The notes under the pieces were generated by a model. It did not search any database. It had not been told where the DNA came from and worked only from the letters and a program-made list of their open reading frames with translations. A DNA stretch of 64,000 nt from IMG/VR virus record IMGVR_UViG_3300043433_000028; one strand, given 5' to 3'. Both the position numbers and the translations under genes were made by a program. Of this stretch, positions 46,779 to 56,194 are shown piece by piece; the stretch's first letter is position 1; the number at the start of each line of letters is the position of its first letter. The DNA comes from a virus.

Positions 46779-46823
46779 ATTTATTTCTTGAATATATAGT
46801 TCAGGAAAAAAGTCTAACGTTTA

Positions 46824-47270
46824 ATGAGTTTAAAATTTAAGTTACCCAAGTTTAATAGACCTGCATTTTTACGAAATTTTGGTAAAAGAGAAGGTCTAGT
46901 ATACATAATCATACTATTTTGGATAGGACTAGGTATTCTAGGAGCCTTTAAAAAAGCTGATTTTACACAATTAGCAGTTTATTTTGGTTCTTTGACTGCT
47001 TATGTTGCTACATATATTTGGGCAGAATCTAAAAGGCCAAGCTCAAAATCAGGTATAGTTTTGCCTGGCCCTAGTTCTAGAAGAGAAATTATGATTTATG
47101 TCGTAGTTGTTTTATGGGCTATAGCTGGAGTTTTAGGTATTTTAAATAGCATAAATCTATCTGATTTATCAATTTATTTTGTATCATTAACGGGATTTGT
47201 TGCCTCTTGGATTGCTGGTGAAGTTTATAAGCCGCAAGATGAAATTAAAATAGATAATACAAATGGTTAA
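46824..47270 (+). CDS. Four-TM membrane protein built from a duplicated two-helix unit (possible holin)
   Basis: Two homologous halves ...LAVYFGSLTAYVATYIWAE..KP / ...LSIYFVSLTGFVASWIAGE..KP; GAATATATAG upstream. Confidence 0.55.
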   Translation: MSLKFKLPKFNRPAFLRNFGKREGLVYIIILFWIGLGILGAFKKADFTQLAVYFGSLTAYVATYIWAESKRPSSKSGIVLPGPSSRREIMIYVVVVLWAIAGVLGILNSINLSDLSIYFVSLTGFVASWIAGEVYKPQDEIKIDNTNG

Positions 47271-49212
47271 AGGATATACAGCAAACGAATACGGTGATTT
47301 TTTAATAGCTTCTATTAAAGATCCATATACTGATGTAGAAAAAGTATTAGATTGGAATATTCTAGTAGGACTTTCTGATTTAAATACAATTGGTAGAATA
47401 TCATTAGACGTAGATTCTGTTAATGTATACGGTTCACAGACTAATTTTTCAGGTTATCAATCTGGAGATAAAATCATAGTCGGTAATAATATTCTAACAA
47501 TAGACTCGGTTGTTAATGCAAACCATATGGTTTTAGTTGATCCTTCACCTATTACAGCAGCAAACGTAGTTTTTTACAAAGAACCAAGCCAATATTCTTA
47601 TTTTGAATACGAATACAGATTTTCTCAAATTCAAGGTGGCGGAACTTACTCAGAATTTAGACCTTTAACAAAGGATAATAATTTTGGAGATCTATTTTAT
47701 TTAGACTTTGATCCAAGAAAACCATTATACATTGACGTTAAATGCGAAGTTGCAGCTCTTTTACCTGCAAACTCATTAACTATATTGTCAATCACGTATA
47801 CTTTACAAAGAGATAATGGTATTATAGAATCATGCCCTCAGTTTTGTACAGATTGTTTAGATCCATATTTATATAATGGATGTGCAAATATCAGAGTTAA
47901 CTGCGATGATGCAAATCAATTTCAACCATATAATTTAGGTAAATCTCAACAGGTTTATTTACAATTATCTAATATGGTGTCAGACATATTTGGTCACCAA
48001 GTTAAATACTTTAGAACTGAACCAGATCAAAGATCTAAAGACGTTATCTTAATGGAATATTCTTTATTCCATGTTGTAGATGAACAAACAGTTAAAATTT
48101 TAGTACCAGATAATGAATTCCCACAAGAATCTTCAATATCTTATGATATGTTTGGTATGGATTTTGAAGAATTTGAAATTCACATTGTTAAGAAAGAGTT
48201 TGAGCAGGCATTCGGATACGGTAAACAGCCTAGAAATAAAGACTATATGTTTATTCCTATTATTAATAAGATGTATACAGTAAGCTCAGTGTCATTAGGT
48301 GATCGTTTTAATGCAGCTATATCTTATTGGAAACTTAAATTAACAAAATACAGTACTTCTAGTGCAGTTGAAACCGATGGATTTACAGAATTAACAGATA
48401 TGATAGTTACAGGAATTGATGAAGTATTTGGTGCAGAAATTAAAGATGTACAAGAACAAGTTACAAAACCAGAACAATATCAAACGGTTTCTACATCATA
48501 TAGAGACGGTATTAGACAATTTCAATCCAAAGACATTAAAATCGTCGATTACGATCTAAAAAATAGATGGACTGTAGTTTCTAAAAACTATTATGATTTA
48601 ACGCAAGTTGATAAAACAAATGTTGCATTAGAGTACGTTAAGAAGAGTAATTTAAAAGCTACTGATGATTTTGCTTTAACAGCATGGATTTCTCCTCAGT
48701 TTGAAACCGCAAATAACACTGAAGATTATTTTGTCTTTGGTGATTATGCATTGTCTAATGGTTTTAGATTAATGGTAAGTCCGTTTGCATTTACTGTCAT
48801 TATCAATGGTATTCCATACACATATGCACACAATATGATTTTTGCAAAAGATAAATGGTATGCATTTATTTTAAATGCAAGTAACACATACAGACAATTG
48901 TCGCTTCATGTATATGCATTAGACGCAAATAGTAATGAAGGACTTCCACAATTACAAAACAATGATTTAATTCCAGCGTTCCACGAAACTAAAGAATTAA
49001 ATAATGCTATGATGTGGAATTCAGATACTTATTATCATTTAAATGGTGCAAAATTACACATAACTAACATCAGAATGTTTGAAAAACCAATAGAATTAGA
49101 GCAACATCATAATGTATTGAATCAATATGTTGTTAGAGATAATCAATTGGCTCTTATCATCGACAACGCTATACCTTCTATTGGATTCCAGAAATTCAAG
49201 AACGCTAGATAA
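47263..49212 (+). CDS. Neck protein (gp14-like core) with N-terminal beta domains and C-terminal LamG-like domain
   Basis: IFGHQVKYF...FEIHIVKKEFEQAFG...PRNKDYMFIP core; C-terminal AWISP...WYAFILN...ITNIRMF. Confidence 0.55.
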   Translation: MVKGYTANEYGDFLIASIKDPYTDVEKVLDWNILVGLSDLNTIGRISLDVDSVNVYGSQTNFSGYQSGDKIIVGNNILTIDSVVNANHMVLVDPSPITAANVVFYKEPSQYSYFEYEYRFSQIQGGGTYSEFRPLTKDNNFGDLFYLDFDPRKPLYIDVKCEVAALLPANSLTILSITYTLQRDNGIIESCPQFCTDCLDPYLYNGCANIRVNCDDANQFQPYNLGKSQQVYLQLSNMVSDIFGHQVKYFRTEPDQRSKDVILMEYSLFHVVDEQTVKILVPDNEFPQESSISYDMFGMDFEEFEIHIVKKEFEQAFGYGKQPRNKDYMFIPIINKMYTVSSVSLGDRFNAAISYWKLKLTKYSTSSAVETDGFTELTDMIVTGIDEVFGAEIKDVQEQVTKPEQYQTVSTSYRDGIRQFQSKDIKIVDYDLKNRWTVVSKNYYDLTQVDKTNVALEYVKKSNLKATDDFALTAWISPQFETANNTEDYFVFGDYALSNGFRLMVSPFAFTVIINGIPYTYAHNMIFAKDKWYAFILNASNTYRQLSLHVYALDANSNEGLPQLQNNDLIPAFHETKELNNAMMWNSDTYYHLNGAKLHITNIRMFEKPIELEQHHNVLNQYVVRDNQLALIIDNAIPSIGFQKFKNAR

Positions 49213-49245
49213 ATTAGATACATATCTAGTAAATAATATAATATT

Positions 49246-49908
49246 ATGTCAGAAGAAAAGAAAAGAAGCATCAGCGAACAAGCTGATGATATACGTAGAG
49301 AATTAGACGAATTGATAGGTAATGATGATTCTATAACAGATGTTGTAGAAAAAGATCCAGTTTTACCCCCAGCTAGAATCAGACCAAATATTAGTTTTGC
49401 TGAAATGAAAGGCGCTGCTACTAAACAAGCAGAAAAAACTATAACAGCTTTAATGAAATTCTATTTAGACGAAGACATCATTACCAAAGATGAGTACGTC
49501 ATGGCTAAAAAGAAGATGGATGAAATGACAATGAGCTCATTAGTTTATCAATTACAAGCTGGTGAAAGAGCACTTACGCTTCTATTAGAAACTATCGAAG
49601 ATGGCGAACTAGCCCCTAGAATGTTTGAAGTTTTAGCAACATTACAAAAATCTATGTTAGATGTTATCAAATCGCAAACAATGTATTTGATGGCAACAGA
49701 AGAATCTACTAAGCGTATTGCTAGAGATATTGAAATGTATAGAAAAAATGTAGATAAAACAGAAATTCAAGCTTCAGGTGGTTCTATAGAAAATGGAAAT
49801 GTTCAAAGAGGTACAAAAGATCTTATGCGTCTTATTAGACAAAGTGAAGGTATGACAGAAGATGCAGAATCAATCGATATCGAAGACACTGAAATAACAG
49901 AAGATTAA
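49246..49908 (+). CDS. gp16: Terminase small subunit (gp16-like)
   Basis: PRMFEVLATLQKS, GTKDLMRLI; directly upstream of the large subunit. Confidence 0.7.
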   Translation: MSEEKKRSISEQADDIRRELDELIGNDDSITDVVEKDPVLPPARIRPNISFAEMKGAATKQAEKTITALMKFYLDEDIITKDEYVMAKKKMDEMTMSSLVYQLQAGERALTLLLETIEDGELAPRMFEVLATLQKSMLDVIKSQTMYLMATEESTKRIARDIEMYRKNVDKTEIQASGGSIENGNVQRGTKDLMRLIRQSEGMTEDAESIDIEDTEITED

Positions 49909-49909
49909 T

Positions 49910-51739
49910 ATGGCAGAAAATGTAAGCGATAATAAATGGATCCCTAATGAATCAGCTGATGTTCAAACTGCAAAATTAGTATGGTCCACAAAAAACGTTA
50001 ATGATTATATTTTAGCGTTAGATAAAGGTTATAAACCCAATGTTAGTTCACCTTTCTATGAAGGTAAACAACATCTTAAAAAGGGAAACATTGTATTTGA
50101 GTATACTGATGCTGAAATACAAGAAATTGCTAAGTGTGCTAAAGACATTGTTTATTTCGCTGAGAAATATGCGGTAGTAATGACAGATGATGGTATTCAA
50201 AAAGTAAAACTTAGAGAATATCAAAAAGTTATGTTACGTAACTTACAAGACAATAGATTTAATATTGTACTTGCTTCTCGACAAATGGGTAAAACAGTTA
50301 CAGCATCTATCTTTAATGCATGGTACATTATTTTCAACTACGACAAAAACACACTACTTTTAGCCAATAAAGCCGATTCAACCAAAGAAATTATTGATAA
50401 AGCCAAAGTTGTAATCGAACACGTTCCATTTTATATGAAACCTGGAATTATTAAGTATGACGTAATGAACGTTAGAGCTGATAATGGTTGCCGTTTGGTT
50501 GGACAAGCAACTACTGCGAAAGCGGGTATTGGTTTTACCATCCATAACTTATATCTAGATGAGTTTGCCCACGTTCAATCTAATATCGTAGATTCATTCT
50601 ACGAAAACGTTTACCCTACTTTATCAGCCTCTAAAATTTCAAGGATCAATATTACTTCTACACCAAATGGATTTAATAAGTTTTATGAGATTTGGTCAGC
50701 TGCTGAAAAAGGCGATAACGCATATACACCTTTAAGAATTGACTGGTGGCAACACCCAGACAGAGATGACGCTTGGTATCAAAGAGAACTTAAAAACTTA
50801 GGTTCAGATCATGCCTTTAATAGACAGTATGGAAATGAATTCGTTTCCTCTTCTACTTTATTATTATCTCCAGGCTCGATGGCATCAATGCGAAAAAAGG
50901 CAAAGAAATTTATTCATCATGAATTAGAAGACTTTGAAAATATTCACATCGATACAAATGGTTATTTAATGTGGAATCCTGATTTTGATTTAGATACAAC
51001 TATTTTAGAAGACAAACGATGGTTATTTTCGGTAGATATTGCCGAAGGTAATGGTGGAGATTATTCTATTATTAATATTTTTGAAGTAGAACCTATGAGC
51101 AAAAAACACATAGACAAAATTTCAAATCCAGGTGCAATGTATGATTTTTTTAGACTTAATCAAGTTGCAGTTTTTAAATCAAATGAACACGTTATTGAAG
51201 ACTTTGCAAAAATTCTATATACATTAGGTTGTGAAGTGTTCAATCCCGAAAACGTTAAAATGGTTATTGAATATAACACTTACGGTAGTATTTTGTTACA
51301 ATATTTAAGAACTATCTTTCCGCAAAGAAACGAATTTGAGGATGAAATGATCTTAAGATTCAAACACAGACATGATTCTAAAACTCTAAAAGCAGGTTTA
51401 AGATTAAAAGCAGATAATAAAGCTGTTTTTTGTCAAAATTTTAAAAAATTAATTGAAGCTAATAGAATTTTTCTTAACGATATAGATACTGTTAATGAAG
51501 CTTCTCTTTTTGGAACTTTAAAAAATGGTAGTTATGGAGCTCAAATGGGTCACGATGACGCTATTATGACAGCTATTAATGCAACAGAATTCTACGGAAC
51601 TACAGATTATGCAGATTTTGTTGAAGAATTATTAGACGTTATTGATGAAAATCTACACGATTATATGGAACAAACGCTGTTTAAAGATACAGATTCGCAG
51701 GGAGATTTGCAATACGATATTTATGATTTATTAAAATAA
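49910..51739 (+). CDS. gp17: Terminase large subunit
   Basis: LREYQ, SRQMGKT, YLDEFA, TSTPNG, VDIAEG, GHDD. Confidence 0.95.
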   Translation: MAENVSDNKWIPNESADVQTAKLVWSTKNVNDYILALDKGYKPNVSSPFYEGKQHLKKGNIVFEYTDAEIQEIAKCAKDIVYFAEKYAVVMTDDGIQKVKLREYQKVMLRNLQDNRFNIVLASRQMGKTVTASIFNAWYIIFNYDKNTLLLANKADSTKEIIDKAKVVIEHVPFYMKPGIIKYDVMNVRADNGCRLVGQATTAKAGIGFTIHNLYLDEFAHVQSNIVDSFYENVYPTLSASKISRINITSTPNGFNKFYEIWSAAEKGDNAYTPLRIDWWQHPDRDDAWYQRELKNLGSDHAFNRQYGNEFVSSSTLLLSPGSMASMRKKAKKFIHHELEDFENIHIDTNGYLMWNPDFDLDTTILEDKRWLFSVDIAEGNGGDYSIINIFEVEPMSKKHIDKISNPGAMYDFFRLNQVAVFKSNEHVIEDFAKILYTLGCEVFNPENVKMVIEYNTYGSILLQYLRTIFPQRNEFEDEMILRFKHRHDSKTLKAGLRLKADNKAVFCQNFKKLIEANRIFLNDIDTVNEASLFGTLKNGSYGAQMGHDDAIMTAINATEFYGTTDYADFVEELLDVIDENLHDYMEQTLFKDTDSQGDLQYDIYDLLK

Positions 51740-51759
51740 TAAATTGCAAATATTGCATT

Positions 51760-51768
51760 GATATATAG
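51760..51768 (+). promoter_or_regulatory. Putative late promoter GATATATAG
   Basis: Motif match. Confidence 0.65.
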
Positions 51769-51797
51769 TCTAAAGATAAAAAAATACTTATAAAATT

Positions 51798-54056
51798 ATG
51801 GCACTTAGTCCTCAATTATTGAACTTTAAAAGTTCTGGTGTTTACAGACTTGAATTTGACAAGTCTCAAACAACTAACAACAACGTTCAAACAATCAGAT
51901 TAGTAGTTGGACATTCTAAAAAAGGTCCTTACAACACTCCAGTTTTTGTACAAACAGCTGAAGAATTCAATGCTATTTTCGGTTCAATCGATACGAATTT
52001 AGAAAAATTAGGTATGTTCTTTCATAGATCAGCATTAGCTGCTTTAGGTAGAGGTCCAATTTTAGCTTTGAATATTGCAAACATTGACGAAAATGACACT
52101 ATTGCTTTTCAATCTCCAGTAACTAATGGTTCTGTTGATTCTATTTCGGCATTAGATGGAGCTAACGAATTAGCTAGCTATTTTAACATTGATAAATTCT
52201 GGTTCCCAGAAGATAAAGCAGTTTTAGATACTATTGGAAATCTTGACGAAGATAGAGTTTTAAACTTTATCAACATCAAACAAGAACCTATTACAGTTAT
52301 TGTAAGAAAAGCTCAAGATGTTACATCTTTTGAAATTTCTGCAAGAGAATGGTATGGTGAAGGTAATGTTCCTGCATTCTTAAATGATTTTGATTTAGTT
52401 TCAGATTTCATGGTAGACGTATTCGTTTTCAAAGGTAAATTTAACCCAGCTGATATGAATACAGATCCAATCTATGGTGAATTCTTTGACGCAAATGGTT
52501 TAATCAAAGGAAAATTAAATGAATTTTCAGCATTAAGACAAGTTACATTGTTAGCGCAATATACTGGTTCATTAATTCCAAATTTCAAAGATTTAGAAGG
52601 AAGAAACTTATACATCGAAGCTGGTATTAACCAAGAAGCTAGAAGAACAGGTTTATTCTGTGCAGTTAACGAAGATTTAGTAACTGATGAGAATGGAACT
52701 AAAGTTGATTTAGTTGGTCACATCTATGATGAAACTTTAGATTATGAAGTATTATCATATGTTGTAGCTAACGATGCTAATCCTAAAGCTATTGCATACG
52801 CAGGTGATGTTTATGCTAATTCAGCATCTTCATTTACTATGACTTTTGCCGATGCTTTAGATGCAGATGCATTCCCAATCAAAAAAGGTCACTATGTAGA
52901 TGCATTAGCTTCTAATAGATTGGCAAAAGTACAAAGAGTACAAAGAACTGGAAATGTATGGACTGTAACATGTAGCCAACCAGTTGCAACAGCTTGGTCT
53001 GGATTCTATAACACTTCATTTGAAGAAGCTACAGTTTCTTACAAACCATTAGTTTTAGAAAAAGCTACAGTTGCTAGCAAAACAATCGCTGGATCATTAT
53101 CTCAATTAACAGGAACTGGTTTATTCGCAGCTTTAGTTGACAAAGATGTTATTGATTTTAGATATATTGTAGATACTTTCGCATCTTACGAAGACGGTTC
53201 TATTTTAAACAAAAAAGAATTAGCTTTCTTAGCACACGAAAGACAAAACGCAGCAGCTATTTTAAATGCTCCTATGGTTTCAGATTTCAAAAAATCAACT
53301 GATCCATCTTTCAAAAATGACAACAATGAATTCAATGTTGCTTACATTAAAGATGGTGGTAACTTAGATAAAAACCCAAGTGCATTATATGCTTTACCTT
53401 CTATCAACGATGGAGCTAATTACGCATTCTATTATGGACCAGGTTTATTAGTAAGAGAAAATGGTAAAGACACTATTGTTCCGCCAGCAGCTTACGTATC
53501 TAATAACTTTATTGACAAATATTTCAACGCTTTACCATGGTCAATCGTTGCAGGACCTAGAAGAGGCGTTGTATCAGGAGCTAATGTAGTAGGTGTAGAG
53601 TATGCGTTTGATAAAGCTGACAGAGATATTTTAGAACCATTTGGTATTAACCCAATCGTCTTCCAAAGAGGCGCAGGATTAACTATCTTAGGTAATAAGA
53701 CAGCTCAACAATCAGTTAAGTCTGCATTATCTTCAGCTCACGTAAGAGAGGTATTAATCTATATCCAAGACGGTATGGCTAACATCCTTAAAAACTACGT
53801 ATTTGAATTTAATACAGCTCAAACAAGATTAGAAATCAAAACTTTAGCAGACGCATTTATGCAATCTGTAAAAGCTGACACTGGTATTTACGATTTCCAA
53901 AATATTATGGATCAAACAAACAACACAGATGACGTGATTGACCACAATATGGGTATTATTGATACTTTTGTTGAACCAGTTAAAGGTTTAGAAGTTGTTG
54001 TTCACAGAACTACTATTTTAAACACAGGAGAAATCAAAACTGGAAACTTTTCTTAA
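51798..54056 (+). CDS. gp18: Tail sheath protein
   Basis: SSGVYRLEFD start, VAGPRRG, GINPI, GNKT, VFEFN. Confidence 0.93.
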   Translation: MALSPQLLNFKSSGVYRLEFDKSQTTNNNVQTIRLVVGHSKKGPYNTPVFVQTAEEFNAIFGSIDTNLEKLGMFFHRSALAALGRGPILALNIANIDENDTIAFQSPVTNGSVDSISALDGANELASYFNIDKFWFPEDKAVLDTIGNLDEDRVLNFINIKQEPITVIVRKAQDVTSFEISAREWYGEGNVPAFLNDFDLVSDFMVDVFVFKGKFNPADMNTDPIYGEFFDANGLIKGKLNEFSALRQVTLLAQYTGSLIPNFKDLEGRNLYIEAGINQEARRTGLFCAVNEDLVTDENGTKVDLVGHIYDETLDYEVLSYVVANDANPKAIAYAGDVYANSASSFTMTFADALDADAFPIKKGHYVDALASNRLAKVQRVQRTGNVWTVTCSQPVATAWSGFYNTSFEEATVSYKPLVLEKATVASKTIAGSLSQLTGTGLFAALVDKDVIDFRYIVDTFASYEDGSILNKKELAFLAHERQNAAAILNAPMVSDFKKSTDPSFKNDNNEFNVAYIKDGGNLDKNPSALYALPSINDGANYAFYYGPGLLVRENGKDTIVPPAAYVSNNFIDKYFNALPWSIVAGPRRGVVSGANVVGVEYAFDKADRDILEPFGINPIVFQRGAGLTILGNKTAQQSVKSALSSAHVREVLIYIQDGMANILKNYVFEFNTAQTRLEIKTLADAFMQSVKADTGIYDFQNIMDQTNNTDDVIDHNMGIIDTFVEPVKGLEVVVHRTTILNTGEIKTGNFS

Positions 54057-54058
54057 TT

Positions 54059-54067
54059 GATATATAA
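54059..54067 (+). promoter_or_regulatory. Putative late promoter GATATATAA
   Basis: Motif match. Confidence 0.7.
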
Positions 54068-54096
54068 AACATAAGATAAAAATAATATAAAGTAAA

Positions 54097-54651
54097 ATGG
54101 CTTTACCACACTATTCGCAAGACCAGACTGCAAAGAAAGGTCAACAATATGAACCAGTACAAAAGAATTTATTCGAAGTTACTGTATTGCCTCCGACTGG
54201 AGTAGCAGATGCTCCTTTGTTAATTCAACACGTAAATTCTATCTCAGGATTGGAATTATACAAAGGAATTGAAGCGGTTGCACAAAAATTTAAGTTCTCT
54301 ACAAGATCTTTCGCAGGTATGCCTACTGAAACTTCTTTAGACGTAACTATTAATTTTTCATTAAACTTAAACAATGCTAACCAAGCATATTTGTATAAAA
54401 CAATGAGACAATGGTATAACAAACAGTTTGATCCTCAAACGGGTGTTATGGGTCTTAAAAAAGACTACGTTGGTACAATCGTTGTAGTACAATTTAATAG
54501 AGCTGGTGATATTTACAGAACAATTACATTAGAAGATTGTTTTATCACTTCTGCTTTAGGATTTACTGCTGAATTGTCATATGACGACGCAGAACCAGAA
54601 GCTTTAGAAGTTGTTTGGAGATGTGATACTTGGAAAGAAGTATTAGCGTAA
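54097..54651 (+). CDS. gp19: Tail tube protein
   Basis: Follows the sheath; NLFEV, WYNK, KKDY, LEDCF pattern. Confidence 0.85.
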   Translation: MALPHYSQDQTAKKGQQYEPVQKNLFEVTVLPPTGVADAPLLIQHVNSISGLELYKGIEAVAQKFKFSTRSFAGMPTETSLDVTINFSLNLNNANQAYLYKTMRQWYNKQFDPQTGVMGLKKDYVGTIVVVQFNRAGDIYRTITLEDCFITSALGFTAELSYDDAEPEALEVVWRCDTWKEVLA

Positions 54652-54660
54652 TAATATTAA

Positions 54661-54696
54661 TAAGGATGGAATATTTACGTTCCATCCTTATTTTTT
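54661..54696 (+). terminator. Intrinsic terminator
   Basis: TAAGGATGGAA...TTCCATCCTTA followed by a T-tract. Confidence 0.88.
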
Positions 54697-54732
54697 GATT
54701 TAAATATATAATATAATATCAACATAATCTAC

Positions 54733-54957
54733 ATGTCTAAAGATAAATTAACAAAAAAATTGCAAGTGCTTTTAAGTGAAGACGAAGTCTTTATTCTTAA
54801 TCGCATCATATTAAACGACGCAATTGAACGAGAAGAAAGACCCATTTCCATTTCAGCCTTTATTAGAGAGTTGATACGTATTGAAATAGAAAGTCGCTCT
54901 GATGAGAGTAAGACTTGGGACAAGAATAAAATTAATAAACTTAAATCCAAAAAGTAA
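54733..54957 (+). CDS. Small ribbon-helix-helix-like DNA-binding protein
   Basis: KLQVLLSEDE...SISAFIRELI. Confidence 0.5.
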   Translation: MSKDKLTKKLQVLLSEDEVFILNRIILNDAIEREERPISISAFIRELIRIEIESRSDESKTWDKNKINKLKSKK

Positions 54958-55925
54958 TGCAAAACAACGAGAATGAAAGCTTAGATCTTGAAAAACAATA
55001 TGAAAATGTTGTTAAACAAAGAGAAGAGTTACCACTTACAGAAACTGTTGCTGAAGAACCTGTTAATTTAGGTAAAGTTCAGATGGACAGATTCGCAACA
55101 CAAAAAGCAGAGGATGCTGATTTCCACTTAGGTTATCACCCGATTCCAGTTATTAATTTACCATCAGGTGGAATGTTTTACCCAGAAGGAACAGAAATTT
55201 CTATTCGTTCAGCAAAGGTTGCAGAAATCAGACACTTTTCAACTATTGACGAAACTAATATTCTAGACGTTGACGATAAATTAAATAATATCGTAGAGTC
55301 TTGTACAAGAGTTTTATCAGGAACTAAAAAAATGTCTTACAAAGATCTTTGTGAAGAAGACAGATTTTATGTAATTCTTTCTATTAGAGATTTAACATTT
55401 CCAGAACCTGAATCTAAATTGACAGTAGATCACTTAGATAAAACAGGTGAAAAGCACACAATTGAAATTAAAAAGGAATACTTTCAGTATTTCAAAATTC
55501 CAGAAACATTAGACAAGTACTATGATATGGAATCTAAATCATTTTTAATTGAAACCAAATCGTTTGGTACAATTGAAATGAAACCACCAACGATCGGTGT
55601 TATGCAAAAAATGACTGCATATATCAGAGAGAAGCAAAAAACAGGAGGTAAAGTTGATCAATCTGTATTACAAATAATGCCTTATTTAGTTACAGAATGG
55701 AGAGGATTTACTGACAATGACATCTTCAGATTTGAAGTTGACATGAATGGATGGTCAAACAAAAAATACAGTTTGATTTATAAATTAGCAGAACAGATGA
55801 AGATGGGAATTCAACCTAACATGTTAGTGGAGATCGGGGACGACGAGGAGGTGGTCCCAATCAGCTTTCGCGACGGAATCAAATCTCTTTTCATTGTTCA
55901 AGATTTCGCTGGAGAACTTCTTTAA
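54957..55925 (+). CDS. Baseplate hub / tail assembly chaperone (gp26/gp51-family)
   Basis: NLPSGG.FY, DLCEEDRFYVILSIR; lies before the tape measure gene. Confidence 0.7.
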   Translation: MQNNENESLDLEKQYENVVKQREELPLTETVAEEPVNLGKVQMDRFATQKAEDADFHLGYHPIPVINLPSGGMFYPEGTEISIRSAKVAEIRHFSTIDETNILDVDDKLNNIVESCTRVLSGTKKMSYKDLCEEDRFYVILSIRDLTFPEPESKLTVDHLDKTGEKHTIEIKKEYFQYFKIPETLDKYYDMESKSFLIETKSFGTIEMKPPTIGVMQKMTAYIREKQKTGGKVDQSVLQIMPYLVTEWRGFTDNDIFRFEVDMNGWSNKKYSLIYKLAEQMKMGIQPNMLVEIGDDEEVVPISFRDGIKSLFIVQDFAGELL

Positions 55926-56145
55926 AACAAAGTTTTATGTGTATTTACACTTACACTTACAACCTTCTGAACTTGAGAAAATGGAATTCTATGAATACCA
56001 TTACTTACTCAGAGATCTTACAGATCATTTAAAGAAAGAACAAGAGGCAAACAAAGGCCAGCAAGATTCAACATCAGAAATGATGAGCGGTATGAAAATA
56101 CCAAATATTAAAATGCCAACTATGAGAACACCGTCACTTAAGTGA
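55894..56145 (+). CDS. Chaperone C-terminal extension, probably reached by a +1 frameshift
   Basis: NFFKTKFY...LQPSELEKM.FYEY pattern; only a TTG start; overlaps the upstream stop at CTT-TAA. Confidence 0.55.
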   Translation: MFKISLENFFKTKFYVYLHLHLQPSELEKMEFYEYHYLLRDLTDHLKKEQEANKGQQDSTSEMMSGMKIPNIKMPTMRTPSLK

Positions 56146-56155
56146 TGGTGTTTTT
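56127..56155 (+). terminator. Intrinsic terminator
   Basis: AACACCGTCAC-TTAA-GTGATGGTGTT followed by a T-tract. Confidence 0.75.
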
Positions 56156-56194
56156 AATATATAGAATAAGCTATATAAAAGATAACAGATATAA

